A stretch of DNA of 64,000 nt from Auanema rhodensis (GCA_964057225.1 OZ059897.1:8122001-8186000), one strand, 5' to 3'; positions 1 through 14,542 are shown, counted from the first letter of the stretch. The notes: generated from the letters alone by a model not told the origin. Translations and numbers: made by a program.

Positions 1-74
1 TTCTTGAAATCTCTATTATTCATATTTCTATATAGTTTATACAAACACTCTCTTTGATCTTACTCTCTTCTCAC

Positions 75-158
75 CTTCACGTCTACATTCATAACGTGCT
101 GTTCGATCTAATGTCTTCCCGGTTGCCGTGTGTTCGTTGTCCGTCAATTCCAGATTCC
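75..158 (-). CDS. Possible internal exon of a gene continuing beyond the left edge
   Basis: ttccag acceptor and gtgag donor flank an open frame NLELTDNEHTATGKTLDRTARYECRRE; no family recognised. Confidence 0.25.
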
Positions 159-1045
159 TGGAATCTTTTCTAGTGCTGGATTTTCGATTTTTCCGAACAA
201 AGATATGATTCATCAAATAGATGAACACAAGTCAGTTTTTGAAAATTTTTATTTTGAAACTCCTGTCCTGAAGGCAAGAATCGGAAACAAGAAAATGTTA
301 AATGATTGGGATGAAGACAGATTAGCCATCAAAACGAGACGATGAACTGATGAAAAAAAACTTTTTTTTCCGAGAATTATTCACGACTCTACTCATCGTA
401 TCTTGCTAAATTCACAAAGATAATTTTTAAAAAAAGGATTATTCTTGTGGGTGAGTTCAGAATATTTGGAGAAATCTCTATCTTTCATCAGATCATAATG
501 ATGTTCACTTGTCTTCTCTCTGCTTTTTTCATCAAACTTATGAAATCCATTCCTATCGTCATGCTGAAGAAAGCGTAGAAAAGTGAAATATGCTGATTAT
601 TATCTATAAATCTTCGAAAATCATTCAATTTTCTCATAAAAGCCATTATCAACAAGGATGATGTTGAATGAAGATGACATTGTTTATGGTTCGTGAAAGA
701 AGAGAAAAATGCCGACTGTTTGATAGAATGCGTGAGGTTTGATGAAAGCATGAGTGATCAGCGAGTCAGAAGAGGAACGTCTAAACGCCAGCTGACAAGA
801 GGTTTAAGGAAAAAATGCGAATTCCATGGTGGTATAGTCAAGAGAGAATCATATGTATGTAGGACGTCAAATGGTATTCCCGAAGAGAACGACCGTGAGG
901 AATATGAAGAAACGTAGCTAAATAGCTAGCAAAATACAGAGAGAAGAAGAGAAATAAGAAGAGGCAGATAGCAAACGAGGTAAATGATGAAGTGAGAAAT
1001 AGAATGAGAAGAAATTGAAAAGAAAGATATGTATATGGAGACAAT

Positions 1046-1079
<34 letters not shown>

Positions 1080-4000
1080 TCGGAAGAGGCCGAGATCAGC
1101 CGGGACCGAACCTTCTCTTTCCCCCCTGTCTTCATCTCAGCATTTAATAACCATTTCTCACCACCCATATTGACTATTAATTTATTTCATTCAAGAGATC
1201 TATACAGTTTTCTTATTTTAATTTTCCAGATTTTTTACCTGTTAATCGCTTATATACATCTAATCCATCTATTTCTCCATTTCAAACTGTAGTTACATGT
1301 ATACAGTTTACTAGAAATCATACATTCATAGATACATAATGTGTTTATAGATATACATGTATGCATGTATGTATGTATGTTCATTCTATTTTCAAACTTT
1401 CTCTTTCAATTTTAATAGAACAAATATTTATAAGCTTATGCTGTAACTATGCAGCTTCAGCATTTTCATTTTTAACTATTCATAATTCTATTTTACTGAA
1501 ATATTTCTTCTTTTTTTCGTAAAAAATAAAATAAAAATGAATATACATACATGGAATTCAAGTGGAAAATTGAAATGTTGTTGAGTTATTATGTTGTTAG
1601 ACGTTCATTCTTAACCATTTTACTCAATTGTGGTCAGTCTCGTATATCTACTTATTGACAATGACCAAACGATTTTCATTTTCCTCAGGTTGAATCCTCT
1701 TTCGGTACTTCCTGTAACCATCATCTCATTTCTATCGTCGTTTGACGGGACTAATCCAGTTTGGCATTAAGAAGACCAGAACTAACGTTCGCTTTTAACA
1801 ATGGCCAAATGAACACTGAATGAACGACGACTAATTTTCGAAATTCATAATCATATTTGAAAATGTATCTCTCATCTTCAAGTATAAACATGTTGTATAA
1901 CATGCCTGAAAATGAGATTATTACGATATCAAACATATATAATTATATCTTTTTTTATATAATTTCTTATATTTTATACAACCGCATTTCAATTATTTAA
2001 TATATAAAATAATTATTTTATTTATTCTAATTAATGACGTGACGTGACGTGATGTGTAGTGACGTCTTATTGCATTATAATTCTAAGATTTTGAAGACAA
2101 ACCTCATACACAACACAAAGTCATGATGATGTTAATGCATATTACATAGATATGAATCCAAATATTTATGTCAAATCGAAGTAATTATTTGGATGTGCAA
2201 CAGTCTATAATCTGCTCGTATATTCATCTCTATTATTACTGACGGAAAAGATTTAATACTGTCCTCGAGGGCATTTTTCTCTTCATCTTCAACCTTTTCA
2301 ACATCTACTCCTCATGTCATTGCTTTGTTCTCTTCTTTTTTCTCCACAAATACATGTTTATTTTTTATTTCATATTATAGTGTAGCATTCAATTTGCAAC
2401 TTTTTGAACTTACAAACTAAAGTTTTTCGAATAAAATTCAGAAAAAACTTATTGAAGGTGTTAGGTTAAAATAGTTCTGTCAAAACTATTCAATAGCATA
2501 AGCTCTTTCATGGCCATTAAAGACATGATTTACTAGCCGCTTTTTCAAGTAACTTGTGTGTTCTGTTTTGAGAAAACAATCAAGATAGACAGCATCGAGA
2601 GAAAGTTCATGAAAACTTAAAAGAGAGTATCAGAAGAGATGAGATACAGACCATTTAAGTGAATGATCGGTAAACTTAACTGGGTGCGGTTAGATCTTCT
2701 ATATCCGGTCCATTATCATCTACTTTGACGTTGATTTTTCTCTGTTCTTCCAAGATAGCTTAGCTTAATATTTTTCTTGGACAAGAATTTGTTACTGAGT
2801 TTAGCTTGATAGGCCCATCTCTAGATCTCATCATGTTCTTAATCATTTCATGAGGTTAAAGGAACACATACAAGCTAGAAGAATCCCCCTCTCTCTCTCT
2901 TTCTCTCTTTCTCTCACTCTCTCTCTTTGCCTCAACTCTCTCTTTCTTTCTCTACTGTTCATCATCGTTGTCACTGTCAGTGTCGACCAATGTCGCCGTC
3001 ATTTCATCTTCAACCTACACACTGCATTTTCATTCTTTATTTCTTGTCAACCACAGCATAACGTCTTTTTTGTGACCATCGCTGACCCGTTTAAGACCGC
3101 ACCCAACCAAGCATCAGAAGTAGACGATAGACATCCATGTAGCTAAACAGAAGAATCGCACAGTCAGACATGGAGAGACAGGAAGAACGAACAGATGGAC
3201 TGAGAGGATGATTGGAAAGGGGGGATTCTGACAAACTCTCCACCCTTCCTTCCAGACCTCTCACGCCCTTTTTACGCTTTTCTCGTTCACATAGCCTGTT
3301 GCTAGAAGAGCAGCTTTCTTATCTGCTGGTAGCCGATACCAGCCACCAACTAACCAACCCCTAACCGACCCCCCCCCCCAAACTCATCTTCTCCACTCTC
3401 TTAGTACCAACCGCCAAATCTTGTCTCAAGACATCAGAAAGACAACTTTGACAACATCTCTCGAACAGTTCATCCTAACATCATATTCAACATCAACTAA
3501 AAGATGTTACTCTCCAGTAACACTAAGCATTATCATTCTTTGTTCAAGCAACGACATCATCTCCATTATTTTACTGAATATCTTCTTCTTTCTGAAGTAA
3601 AGTGAAGTAACACACACACACACACTCACACACATCATCATCAACATATTCTCTTTCCTTCTTAAAGAACTTAGAGCTCTACTCTCTTTTTCCTCAATCT
3701 TCTACCTCACATTGCTGTTTATAGTATATCCGAGTATTATCAACGGATTTGCACATAAAAGAAATAAAGTGAATTCGAATTAATATCTGTTAAATTGCCG
3801 TTCAATTACCTTCTAATCTTCTTTTTATGATTTTTTTTCTTTTCCGTATTCATTCAAGATCTTTTTATTGCATTCGCAATTTTTTTATTTCATTTTTTGT
3901 CGTTAGTTCGAGCACATTTTGATGACGGTAATCAGGTGAAAATGGAATATGAACACAAATTCTTTCACCCTTTTTCTTATTTTCTTTTCACCTTCTCATC

Positions 4001-4908
4001 ATCATTCTAAAACTTTAAAAAAACTAATTTTTTATATTTTTTTCTGCCATTTATCTCAGATAAAGTGAAAAGAGATTGTAAATCTTGATTTCAAATTACG
4101 TGAGGCGGATCGGAAGAGGTGCTGGAATGAAAATTTATTTTTCAAAATGAAATTTTCAGGAAAAATAGGATTGATGACTGATTCAGTTCTATCAAATATC
4201 TAATTTCTAATCATCTATCCTCTGATGTTTTAAAGGGCTTAAACATGACTTGTCCCCATTATTTTCCTTTTTTCCCCAATTTTTGACTTCTTCATTCTTC
4301 ATTGTCTTTTGCGATTTCAATTAAACATTCATTCATTCGACAGATATTTCAAATGATTTTTCAACTAATTTTCAGATAATAATGAAACTTTGCGACATTT
4401 CTGTCATGTTAATCATAGGTTTTTTCTGATTTTCATCGTCTTCAACATGACAATTCTCACTTGAAAAATGGTTTCAAAATGCAAAAGAAGAACAAATTGT
4501 CCGCCGTTCTTTCCAACTCTTTTTACCTCTCTTCTAACACTTCTACGAAATGTGACAAAGATTAGAATTAAAAAAAGAAAGAAAGAAATGAATGAAAATC
4601 TTGTTTCTTTTCTATAAGTTTGCAATACTTTTAGTCTTCTTTATCCAGCTTTTCTTTACAATTTCAAACATATTTCATAGACATGTGTATCTATGGATGT
4701 CTATAGGAGAGGGGGGGGGGAAACTAGTCCGATGACTGTCGTCCTCAACGACCTCTCTGTTCCGTTTGAACTTTGAGCTGATTCGTTCATGTTTTATCCA
4801 TTTCAGTTCTAATTTGATTATCATCTCAGTATTTCGTTTGATTTTGGCTAATTTTCTTGTTAATTCACCTTGTCCGAAAGCCCAATCAACTATAATTTGT
4901 ATATTTAG

Positions 4909-5830
4909 ATGTGGCTATTATTGCTACTTCTCCCTGCCGTCGCGGCACTAAATTACAAGTGTCAGAATGATCAAGTAAATATTTTTCTTTCATATCAGTT
5001 TTTTTATATTTTTGAATATTTTTAAAACTTTAAAACTTTATGCTTTTAGGTTCTTGTAGTTCAAAGTTTTGGAAATGATACTATCCGTATGCATTGTCAA
5101 CATTTAGATTTATGTGGATATCAAAAGCTTGTAAGTTTATTATTCACGGAACTTAACTTTGAAAAATTATTTGTTTTCTCTTTAAGAGGTGTGATTATGA
5201 TACTATTCAACCATCATGTGGTGGATTAATGAACTTTGTTGCTCATGTCAACCAAGTTTCAGCTACTAGCCCGTAAGTTTTAGAATAAGTTTCTCACTCT
5301 TTATCATATTGAGAGGGGGTGGGTGAGTGGGTCAGGATAATACTATGAAAAGAAGAAGAAAAAGACAAACAAATGAGATACAGAGACCGAAATAGATACC
5401 TAGATATGGCTTCTAATTTTTTTCTCACCTTTCCATCACATTTATTTTGGATAACAACATTAGTTTTCTCATCTTTTTCTTAGATTGTAAGCAAGTAGGA
5501 GAATAGGTCATGAAACAAATTTTGAAATGACGAACGTAGTTTGAAGCGATGAAGCGTAAGAACTATCATTCATTTTTATGAAGAACTTTCTATTCTTTTC
5601 ATCGTCCATCATCATCATATTAATCGTCAAATTTTTGAATTCTGACTCATGTACAAAGTGTATGAATCATGGATGTACTTAGGAAAAGAAAATATTATTT
5701 CAAATAAAATTCAGACAAATCTTGGATTAACTATTCTTGTACAGAAGATGTATAACGTACGGTTTTTTTCCTGAATTAACTTAGTATCAGAAAAATAAAA
5801 ATTAAGAAAAGAAAATAGAATTCAAAAGAT

Positions 5831-5878
<48 letters not shown>

Positions 5879-7009
5879 TTGGAGAGTTTTTCAAGAGTGT
5901 GTTAGATGTGTGTCAAATGGCTGTTTGAAAATGTAATTGAAATAAAGAACAAGAAAAGAAGTTGAAAAGATACGAGATAAAGAAGGACAATTGAAGGAAC
6001 GGTTATATGAAGATGAGAAAGATTTAAAGAAAAAATAAGGAATTTTCATTTCTTTTTGGCCATTGTCTTCATGGATAATGTGAAAATGAACGGAAACGTA
6101 TGACAGCCGACGACGACGACGACGACACAAAAGTGAAAACGAACCACAAACGGTTGAGGCACAGCGGGAAATATTCTATTATTCATCTTTATGAATGAAA
6201 ATAGAGGAATATAGTATGATTTCAAAGATTACTAGGCTATTCCTTGAGTCGTATCAAAGATTACTAGGCTATTCCATTGAATTTCAATTACATTTGTATA
6301 TTTGAATGACAACTTTGAACTCTTAAACCTGTATGTTACAGTGTTGAGCACACATGCTGCAACTTGTTCAATCCACGACCACCTCATATGGTTCCAACTC
6401 ATATTGGAAATGATTGCTTCATCTACGAATTACCTGATGGATCTTCTGTTGCTAAGCCAAAGGAAGAAAGTCCAGAAGATGATTCTCCACTTGCCGTCTT
6501 GAAGGTAATGAGTTCAAAACGAATTTCAGAACAGAAATAAACATTTTCATTTCAGAGCACAGCTGATATTCCAGAACAGATTGATGGTGTATCTGGCTAT
6601 CGTCTTCGTTTATTCCTTTTGAAGAATAAAGCTCCACCAACTCTTTTGGTTAAAGGAATTGAAAGAAGACTGTAAGTTAATTCAATTTCATCTCACATTT
6701 TTTGTTTTATTCTGAGAGAAATAAGAGGTTTTCTTGAAAATCATAGATTCTTTCATGATTATTACAATTTTCTTCTCTTAAAACATTTCTTTCGGGATGA
6801 TTAATAGCATATTATCAAACTAATTGAAGACCTTAATTGGGAAAAAAACAACAATTCTTCTATCCCGATATAACAATGTTTGATTTATGTTCCTTGAAGT
6901 ATATATCCTTTTCATACATTAATCAGGAAGAAAATATTAGTCGAGATGTATTTCCTAATCCGAGTAGAATTCCATATTGATAACAAACCTCTCTCTCACT
7001 CTCGCTTTT

Positions 7010-7054
<45 letters not shown>

Positions 7055-10000
7055 TTGTGGAAACGAAAAAAGAGAGAGAGAAATGTCTTTTAACTGATAA
7101 ACCATGTTTGTTTCCTATCAACGAAACAACAAAGTTATTCTATTTATTGTGATTTCTGATCATTATCAACGATAATTGGTTTACAGTGATGGATATCGTG
7201 TTACTATCTGTCGACCACGCTGTAACGCTCACACCGTCGTCGAACAAGCTGGAGATAATGCTGGAGAATGGAAAGCTATCAGCTGGAGTAGTTGGACTTC
7301 TTCAAGGTAAATTGATTGAATTGAGGAAAAAATGTTCGAACTATTCGGAGAGAAGACTTTTAATTTCAAACTATACAACCGCTCGTTTGGCGCAAAAAAG
7401 CTAAAATAATTTTTTTTCCCGAAATAAGATTAAATCGGATTTCTGGAATGTCAAAGCTAATTAAATTTCATATCTACATCTTTAATACAATAAATAATAA
7501 TAATTACAGCTGGTCCACCTGGGCTAAATCTGTTTTCAATAACAATGGACAGACAAGAACTCGGGAATCTATCGAAGGCGGAAGTACTGTACAACCAATC
7601 GCTAATCGTCAACCATCATCTGGTGGAGTGTCTGTGAATGTCGATAACAGTGGAAATAACAATAACCAATTTGGTGGATCAGATGCTGGAGAAGCTGTTC
7701 GTGGTGGAGGATTCAATAGAGCTACCGTCAACGGAGGTGAACCTTTACCTGGAAACATCAACATTACCATCCATACCGATGGAAAGGATGGACCAGCTCC
7801 ATCAGCTACGGTTTGTATCAGAGAGCATGTGATGGAAAAGTGAAATTAAAATTTACTTCAGGCTACTGCTCATTCTGAAACCCATATTCATAACAATGGT
7901 AATGGAAAAGGAGATGATAATGGTGATAAGGATGGAAACGAAAAGCAGAGAAGAGAAGACGGTGATGGTAAGAGCATTTCATCAGTTAGTTGAATACTTT
8001 ATAACTATTCAGAAGACAATGGAGCATCTGGAAAGGGACGCGGCAAGAACAAAAATGGCGCCGGTGCTGATGATGATAATGATGAAGGCGATGATGCTGG
8101 AAACCAAGCTGGATCTGGCAAAGGAAAGAAGAAGAATGGAAAGAACAAGGGTAACAAGGTAAGGATAATTTACAATTGAATATTCAGATGTTTTGATGTT
8201 TTCCAGAAAAACAAGAAAACCGATAACGGTGACGGTGATGAAGACGATAACAATGGAGGAGATGATGACGATAATGAGGTTGAAGCCGTTAAAGTTCAAT
8301 CCCGGAACAAACCTAAGAAGGGAAAGAAGAATCCAGGAAATGTTGAAGAGAATGAAAACAACAAATCTGGCGAAGGAAAGGGAGACGCTGATTCTGAAGG
8401 AGAAGGTTCAGCTACCGGAAATGGAAAGAAAAATGGAGGAAAGAACGGCAATGGAATTGACGGCGATGATGAAGCTGAAGAAGACGGTTCCGATGTCAAT
8501 GGAGATGATAGCAATAACAAGAATAACGGAAAAGGAAAAAAGGAAAAAGGTGCAGGTGCAAACGGCAAAGGCAAAGGCAAACACGCTAAGCCTGCTTCCG
8601 GAAATGCTGGAGCCGGAAAGGGAAAAGGAAAAGGCAAAGACAACGGTGATGACAATGGAGCTGATGATGGACAAGACGAAGAAGATGGTAAAGACGGACA
8701 GGACGGACAGGACGGTAATGACGGCGGTGACGATTCTGATAACGGCGGTGACGCTGATAACGGCTCTGATGACGGTGATGATAATGCCGGAGGCAAAAAT
8801 GCTGGTGCTGGAAAGGGTAAAAACGGCAAAGGTAGGCCTGAGACTTAAGTTGCAACACCACGTTTTTTTTTCAGGAACTGGCAAAAATGCTGGAAAGGAT
8901 GGCAAGAATGGAAAGGGAGGAAAGGGAGGTGAATCTGATGGCAAAGCTAACGGAGGAAAAGATGATAATAATAAGCCGGAGAAACACAGCGGGAAAAGTA
9001 AGTTTAACAGTACCAAGTTGGATTTGAGTACTTCTGACTTTAGAGCATGGTAAGAATGGTAAAAACGGTGCTGATGGACCCGATGCTGATGCTGATTCCG
9101 ATAACCAATCTGTTGGGAAAGATCACAACAAGTAGAAAGTTTTCTCATAACATTCATTAAAATATATTTCAGAGGAAAGAATGGAAAGAACGGCAAAAAC
9201 GGAGGTGATGGACCTGATGCTGATGCTGATTCCGATAACCAATCTGTTGGCAAAGATCATAACAAGTAGAAAGCTTTCTCATGACTTTCATGAAAATATA
9301 TTTCAGAGGAAAGAATGGAAAGAACGGCAAAAACGGTGATAAGGGCAAGCATGGAAATGCTGATGAAGATGGTAAAGACGGCAAGGGAGGAAAGGCTGGA
9401 AAGAACCACAATGGTCCCGAATCAGAAGCTGGCAAAGATGGAAAGACTGGAAAAGCTGGAACGGGAGATAATGCTGGAAAAGCTGGACATGCTGGAAAGG
9501 CTGGACATGCTGGAGATGCTGGAGAAGCCGGAAATGGAGATAATGCCAAAAAAGATTCTCACGCTGGAAAGGGACCTGGTGCCGAAAAGACTAATCAAGC
9601 TGGAAAGGAAGATCAGAAGGCAACTACAACGTAAGTTATTTTTATATAAGCATATCATTGAATTTACCTATTTAAGAAACAACATGATTCAAAGCCGTGC
9701 CCCAACTGATGATAAAGACGATGAAGAATCCACAACTCCTCGTGTTGTTGCCGACGGCAATGGTTCTGGAGAAGCTCAAGCTAAATTCGGAGATACTGGC
9801 CCAAGAGAGGAGACCGAGCCAGATTCAACCACCAACAACGAAAAGCCAGCCGCATCAAAATCTGGTTCAAAGGGATCTGGAGCTCCAAAGGCTCATGCTA
9901 CAAAGACTGCCAAAACTTCGGGAGCTGAAAAGAAGCCAGCCCACAGAACTAAATTCAACAGAGCCCAAGCGTGAGTTTATTAAAGCTTTATGAGGAAATT

Positions 10001-10972
10001 ATTTTGTTTCGTTTAGTGCTGAAGAATCTCAGTCTGATTCTCAACCAGTTCGTGCCCATGCTGCCCCAGTTGCGAAGAGTAAGTTTTATTTTTGAAATGG
10101 GCGAAGCTTATCTCAATGTTTTTTTAGCCGATGCTCCCGGTAAGATGAACTGCTTCTCCGCTGATACCGTTGTCAAGACTCCATCTGGAGAAAAGCGAAT
10201 GGATGAACTTCAAGTTGGAGATTACGTAAGCAGCATAGTTTTCTATGGAATATTTTTAAATTTTTGTTTTAGGTTGTTGTACCCTCCTCAGGAAATGTTG
10301 TTAAATACGAACGTATCGAGTTGTTCTACCATAGACAACCAGAAACCAAGGCTCAATTCGTTGTTGTTTTCACCGAGAGTGGAAAACGATTAGCATTGAC
10401 CCCACTTCACTTGATTCCATTTGGAAATTGCCAGAAAATGCAAGAAACATTGTCTTCTGATTCTGAAGGAATTGAAAAGCTTGTTCATGGATCAAGATTC
10501 GCAAAGTCAGCCACAGTTGGTGAATGTGTTGTAGCTGTTAACGAAGACGGCTCAGTACTAGTTGATCGTATTGTCAAGGTAAGGGTTTATGCTCCTCTCA
10601 TTATCAGCTTGATTTCTTCAGTTTTCTCTAATTCCATAATCATAATTTTCTTCATTTTGTAGATTGGAAGACAATATTCAACTGGAATTTATTCTCCAAT
10701 GACTGTTGAAGGATCTTTAGTAGCTGATGGTGTTTTAGCATCATGCTTCTCTCAATTGGAAAGTCACTCCGTGCAGAAGGTATGTTTTCTAAGCTTCTGA
10801 GCAAAAATATTTTTATTTATCTGTTTTTTAGCTCGTTTTTGACTTCTTCTACCTTGTCAATGACTTATTCGGTCTTGGTTTTGGCAAGGCAGTTGAATAC
10901 CAGCCACTTCCATCGATGGTTCGATATGTCCATCATTTGAGTCACTACATTCTGCCATTTGCTAAATATTAA
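4909..10972 (+). CDS. qua-1: Quahog, hedgehog-related protein (signal peptide, QUA domain, Gly/Asn/Lys/Asp low-complexity linker, C-terminal Hint/Hog autoprocessing domain); ~19 exons
   Basis: Spliced exons 4909-4974 (MWLLLLLLPAVAALNYKCQNDQ), 5050-5130 (VLVVQSFGNDTIRMHCQHLDLCGYQKL), 5187-5272, 6342-6504 (VEHTCCNLFNPR...GNDCFIYELPDGS), 6556-6671 (GYRLRLFLLKNKAPPTLLVKGIERRL) and ~7187-7306 (DGYRVTICRPRC...WKAISWSSW) closely match the QUA domain as I recall it. Hint starts at 10151 (CFSADTVV...RMDELQVGD...LTPLH...GIYSPMTVEGSLVADGVLASCFS). Stop TAA at 10970-10972. Confidence 0.96.
6222..6275. repeat. 22-bp direct repeat separated by 10 bp, in qua-1 intron 3
   Basis: TCAAAGATTACTAGGCTATTCC at 6222-6243 and 6254-6275. 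Confidence 0.9.
9044..9335 (+). repeat. Tandem 134-bp exon+intron duplication inside qua-1
   Basis: Two near-identical 41-nt introns (9132-9172 and 9266-9306), each preceded by an exon coding ...DGPDADADSDNQSVGKDHN and followed by GKNGKNGKNG. Confidence 0.9.
10151..10972 (+). other. qua-1: Hog domain (Hint + C-terminal sterol/adduct-recognition region) of qua-1
   Basis: N|CF junction, TxxH motif (TPLH), GIYSPMT...G...DGVLASC motif, followed by an amphipathic tail (LVFDFFYLVNDLFG...YVHHLSHYILPF). Confidence 0.93.
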
Positions 10973-13056
10973 CTTATTTAATATTTCTAATAACTAATTT
11001 CCCAAAGTATAGCTAAGATATGATATGAAATATCAAGGTTCACTAACTATATATATGCAAATAATTTAAAATCTGACAATAGTATAGTATTATCATCGGT
11101 TGGTGTGTTCACCCACACACCTACACCCAACCTTTTCCCTCTTTCAAAAGCCTTTCAAGCTGATGCAACTTCAGCTCAGATGAGCCACTCTAGTCAATCT
11201 CAGTCATTTCACTAATTTCTCTTGTTCAAACCTTTTGTTTTGTTCATTTCGCTTTTATTTTCAAAAATTTTTATTAGTTTTGTTTTTCATTTTAAAATCT
11301 TAATCATAGTATTGTGAGAAAAAAAGAAGAAGAAGACTAGAAAAATTATTTTTTCATCATTTTCCATGAAAAACGATCGTTGATATGAAATAGCTTGAGC
11401 CTTGATTTCATTTCTAACAGCTATAATTTATTTATTTTTCAGAATATTTTTTGAAATAACTATAGATATCTGTTTATAAATTAAAAAGAAAACAATGTCT
11501 GACTAGAGTGGAATATACCTTATATAGATATTATAGAATTCAATGATGATGATGATGATGATGATGATGTTACTCATTTGTTTTAAGAGCATGATAAGCT
11601 TGAAGAAAACTTGAAAACCTTCTTATTTCTTTTTCTTTCGTCTTTTACAAGTTATGATATCATTCTAAAACAGATGAGGAACATCTCTCTCTCTCTCGCT
11701 CTCTTTCTCTCTATTTCTCTCTCTATATACATATATCTATCTATTTCTCTCTCTCTCTCCCCTTTCCCTCCTATACACCTTTTCTTTTTCTCTTGAACAT
11801 CACCTACATCACATCACATCACCGACAAATACACAGACACATCTATACACTTACACATATACTCACATACTCACTCACACACACACACACACACACACAT
11901 GCATACATGTACCCTGTAATCTTTCTCCTGGTGCCGTCACGAGTCGTGCAATTTATGTGTTATCTTGTCAGCATTATAATACTTATTTATTTATTTATTT
12001 ATTTATTTTCTCACTTGTTGTTCGCTCATTTTTGCTGCAATCCGAAGATTTTATGTCATATTATGTTAAATTTTTTATAAATAACAAACATAACATTTCT
12101 TTTTAAAAATTATATAACAAAGATGTAGTTCAAATGAAATAAATGCTCAATTACTATATTTTCTTTGTTTGTTTTTTTCACATAAGTTACAATTATGAAA
12201 TAATAATTCAACGCATTTCATCGCTAAAATATGAAAAAAGAAGGAAGCAATGCGGTGATATCCACTTGAAGTAGCTGATACTAGCTTTCGAACAACTCAA
12301 AAAGTGAAGAAGCCAGCCATATGATACCATATGCTTACGAAATGCCCATGAAGTCCTGACTGTGTCACCTATTTTGCACACATTTCATGATGCTATATAG
12401 AAGATTTTTATCTTTTTTTTTAACAAAATGTCAATGTTTTCAATGAAATTAGAGGCGATAAGAATCGGTATTGGGACGATGATGCTTGATCTACAGACGA
12501 TGTGAACTAATCACGTCGAGATGATGCATTGTGAGAAGACATTTAAGCTTTTACGGCAATATCTAAAATAACAGAAAAGATCTATCATTTGATAATATTG
12601 GCAAAGCTGTTCCTTCTTGCACTTTCCTTTCATATCTGATTCTAATTGAACTACTGATTGACGTCAAAATCTGCTAAAAAAAGCCTTTTTATAAGTTTTC
12701 TCAGCACTAATCAACCTCTTAGTATCATTAATTAATTTTTCGAAGTTGAATTCATATGGTATGGAAACAAAAAAGAGAACAAGCCACCTTCTCTACACCA
12801 AATAAGGAAGTAAGAGGTTTCTCTAGGTTGCAAGTGAAACGTGATCGGAATCTCAAAAAACGTGAAGCTTCAACGTGTTAATAGACCGACAATTTTTTAC
12901 ATTTCAAAAGTTTGCCATCAGCTATTGACGACAGGCTCCTAACTGAACTGGGTCTATGTTGTCCAGTTATTGCTTGATAGCTTCCAAACGTTTTTGTAAG
13001 CTATAAGAGGAAGAAGAAAAAAGCAATTCTAGAAGCATCATCTCACATACAAAAAT

Positions 13057-13105
<49 letters not shown>

Positions 13106-14525
13106 GAGAAAAAGAGAGAGAGGGGGGAGGGAGAGAAACACACACACACACATACACAAACGAATCAGAAAATTTTGAAAGGATGAGATGTTGACTTCAT
13201 TCAATATTAGTATTGATGATTAAGAACATCTAAATACCAATTGAGCATCTGAAACCAGCTTAAGTAAAAAAGTTAAAAAAGGTTCTTGAAAGAATTCTTG
13301 GAAGAAGCAAGTATAATGCCCTTGAGCAAAATTTTGTTTGTCCTTTGATGCATCATTAACTTTTGAAAATAAGAGTTTGGTAATGACATCGTAATAGTTT
13401 TTTTCTTTTCTTCAATCATACCATTTACAATTGTACTTTCTAATCACATTTTCAACAATTTTAGAAATAAAATTTGATTTTGAATAAAAGAAATCAAAAG
13501 AAATTTTCTCAACATCTCAATATCTTAAGTCAATTTGTTTCTAAATGTCTTTGCCAACATTTTTTTTCCCAAAACTCAGCGTCATCATCATCACATCCTT
13601 GAGAAAAGTTTCAGTTTCGGTTGTTGTACCAATAGGAAGACAGGTAGGCATGTGTTTTCTTTTCTAATTCTTTTCCTTCATTCATTCCTCATCTTCCTGT
13701 TATTATATCATTTTCTTCTAACTATACAGCTTTTGAACGAAAACTTAAAAACTTTTTTGAAAAGTTGTAGTCAACTACATCTTTGTTTCAGCTCTTGTTC
13801 TTCTCCCTCTTGTTCTTTCTCTCTCCTTCTCTTTTTCTCTCTTTGCCTCTCAGTGTATTTCAATCTCTCTCTTGTAATCTTTCACCTTTTTTATCCAAGT
13901 AATTCATCATCGCTTCATTCCAACTTTGGAACCATTCTCTCCTCATATAGCAGATTGCAGGAATTCTGAAGAATGTTTATTAGCTGTTGTTGTGAGAAGA
14001 AAAAATTTTTTGAAGCAGTAGTTTCAAGTGTTGCATCTGAAATTTCTCCTTTTCATGTCAAAGCTGAAAAAGGTCAGAGAAATAGTGATCATGAAGATGA
14101 CGTCCCTGGCTGGCTGACTGACAGACAGACAATCATGTCTCTTCATGCTGAATAGTACGATCCTAAAATGTACAAACAGTACTCTTTTGAACTTTTTTTG
14201 TATTTTTCAAAAATTTTCACAAAAATTATTAAATTTGATTGAATCATAACAATCGTTTATAACTATAATTAGTATACTTAATATGTTTTCATCATCGCAT
14301 GGAAAAAAGGAAGAGGGGGGGGGGAGATTTGAGACTTTTCAATTCCTCTTATGCTCTCTCTCTTTCTATTGCAACATGAGGCTTGAAGTGGCTATTACAC
14401 GATGCGTTCAGCATTTTCTATAAAGACTGTATGTGCACTTGACTGAACATAAATTGTTCTTTTTGACTTTACAATTTCCATTTTCATGTGTTTCTTCATC
14501 ACATTCAAGATATTGTCTTCTTATT

Positions 14526-14542
14526 CCCCCCCCCCCCCCCCC
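14526..14542. repeat. C17 homopolymer (potential G-quadruplex-forming G-tract on the minus strand)
   Basis: 17 consecutive C. Shorter G/C runs at ~4711, 14325, 21318, 22153, 49163 and 52461. Confidence 0.85.

Noticed and set aside
838-1292. ORFs with RERERE/SLSLSL runs (also at ~6923, 12967, 15832, 22779, 53618, 62609)
   Set aside because: Translations of (GA)n/(CT)n microsatellites.
8009-9658. Long antisense and alternative-frame ORFs (up to 286 aa) over qua-1
   Set aside because: Shadows of the low-complexity G/N/K/D-coding exons; they run through introns and show no independent gene signals.
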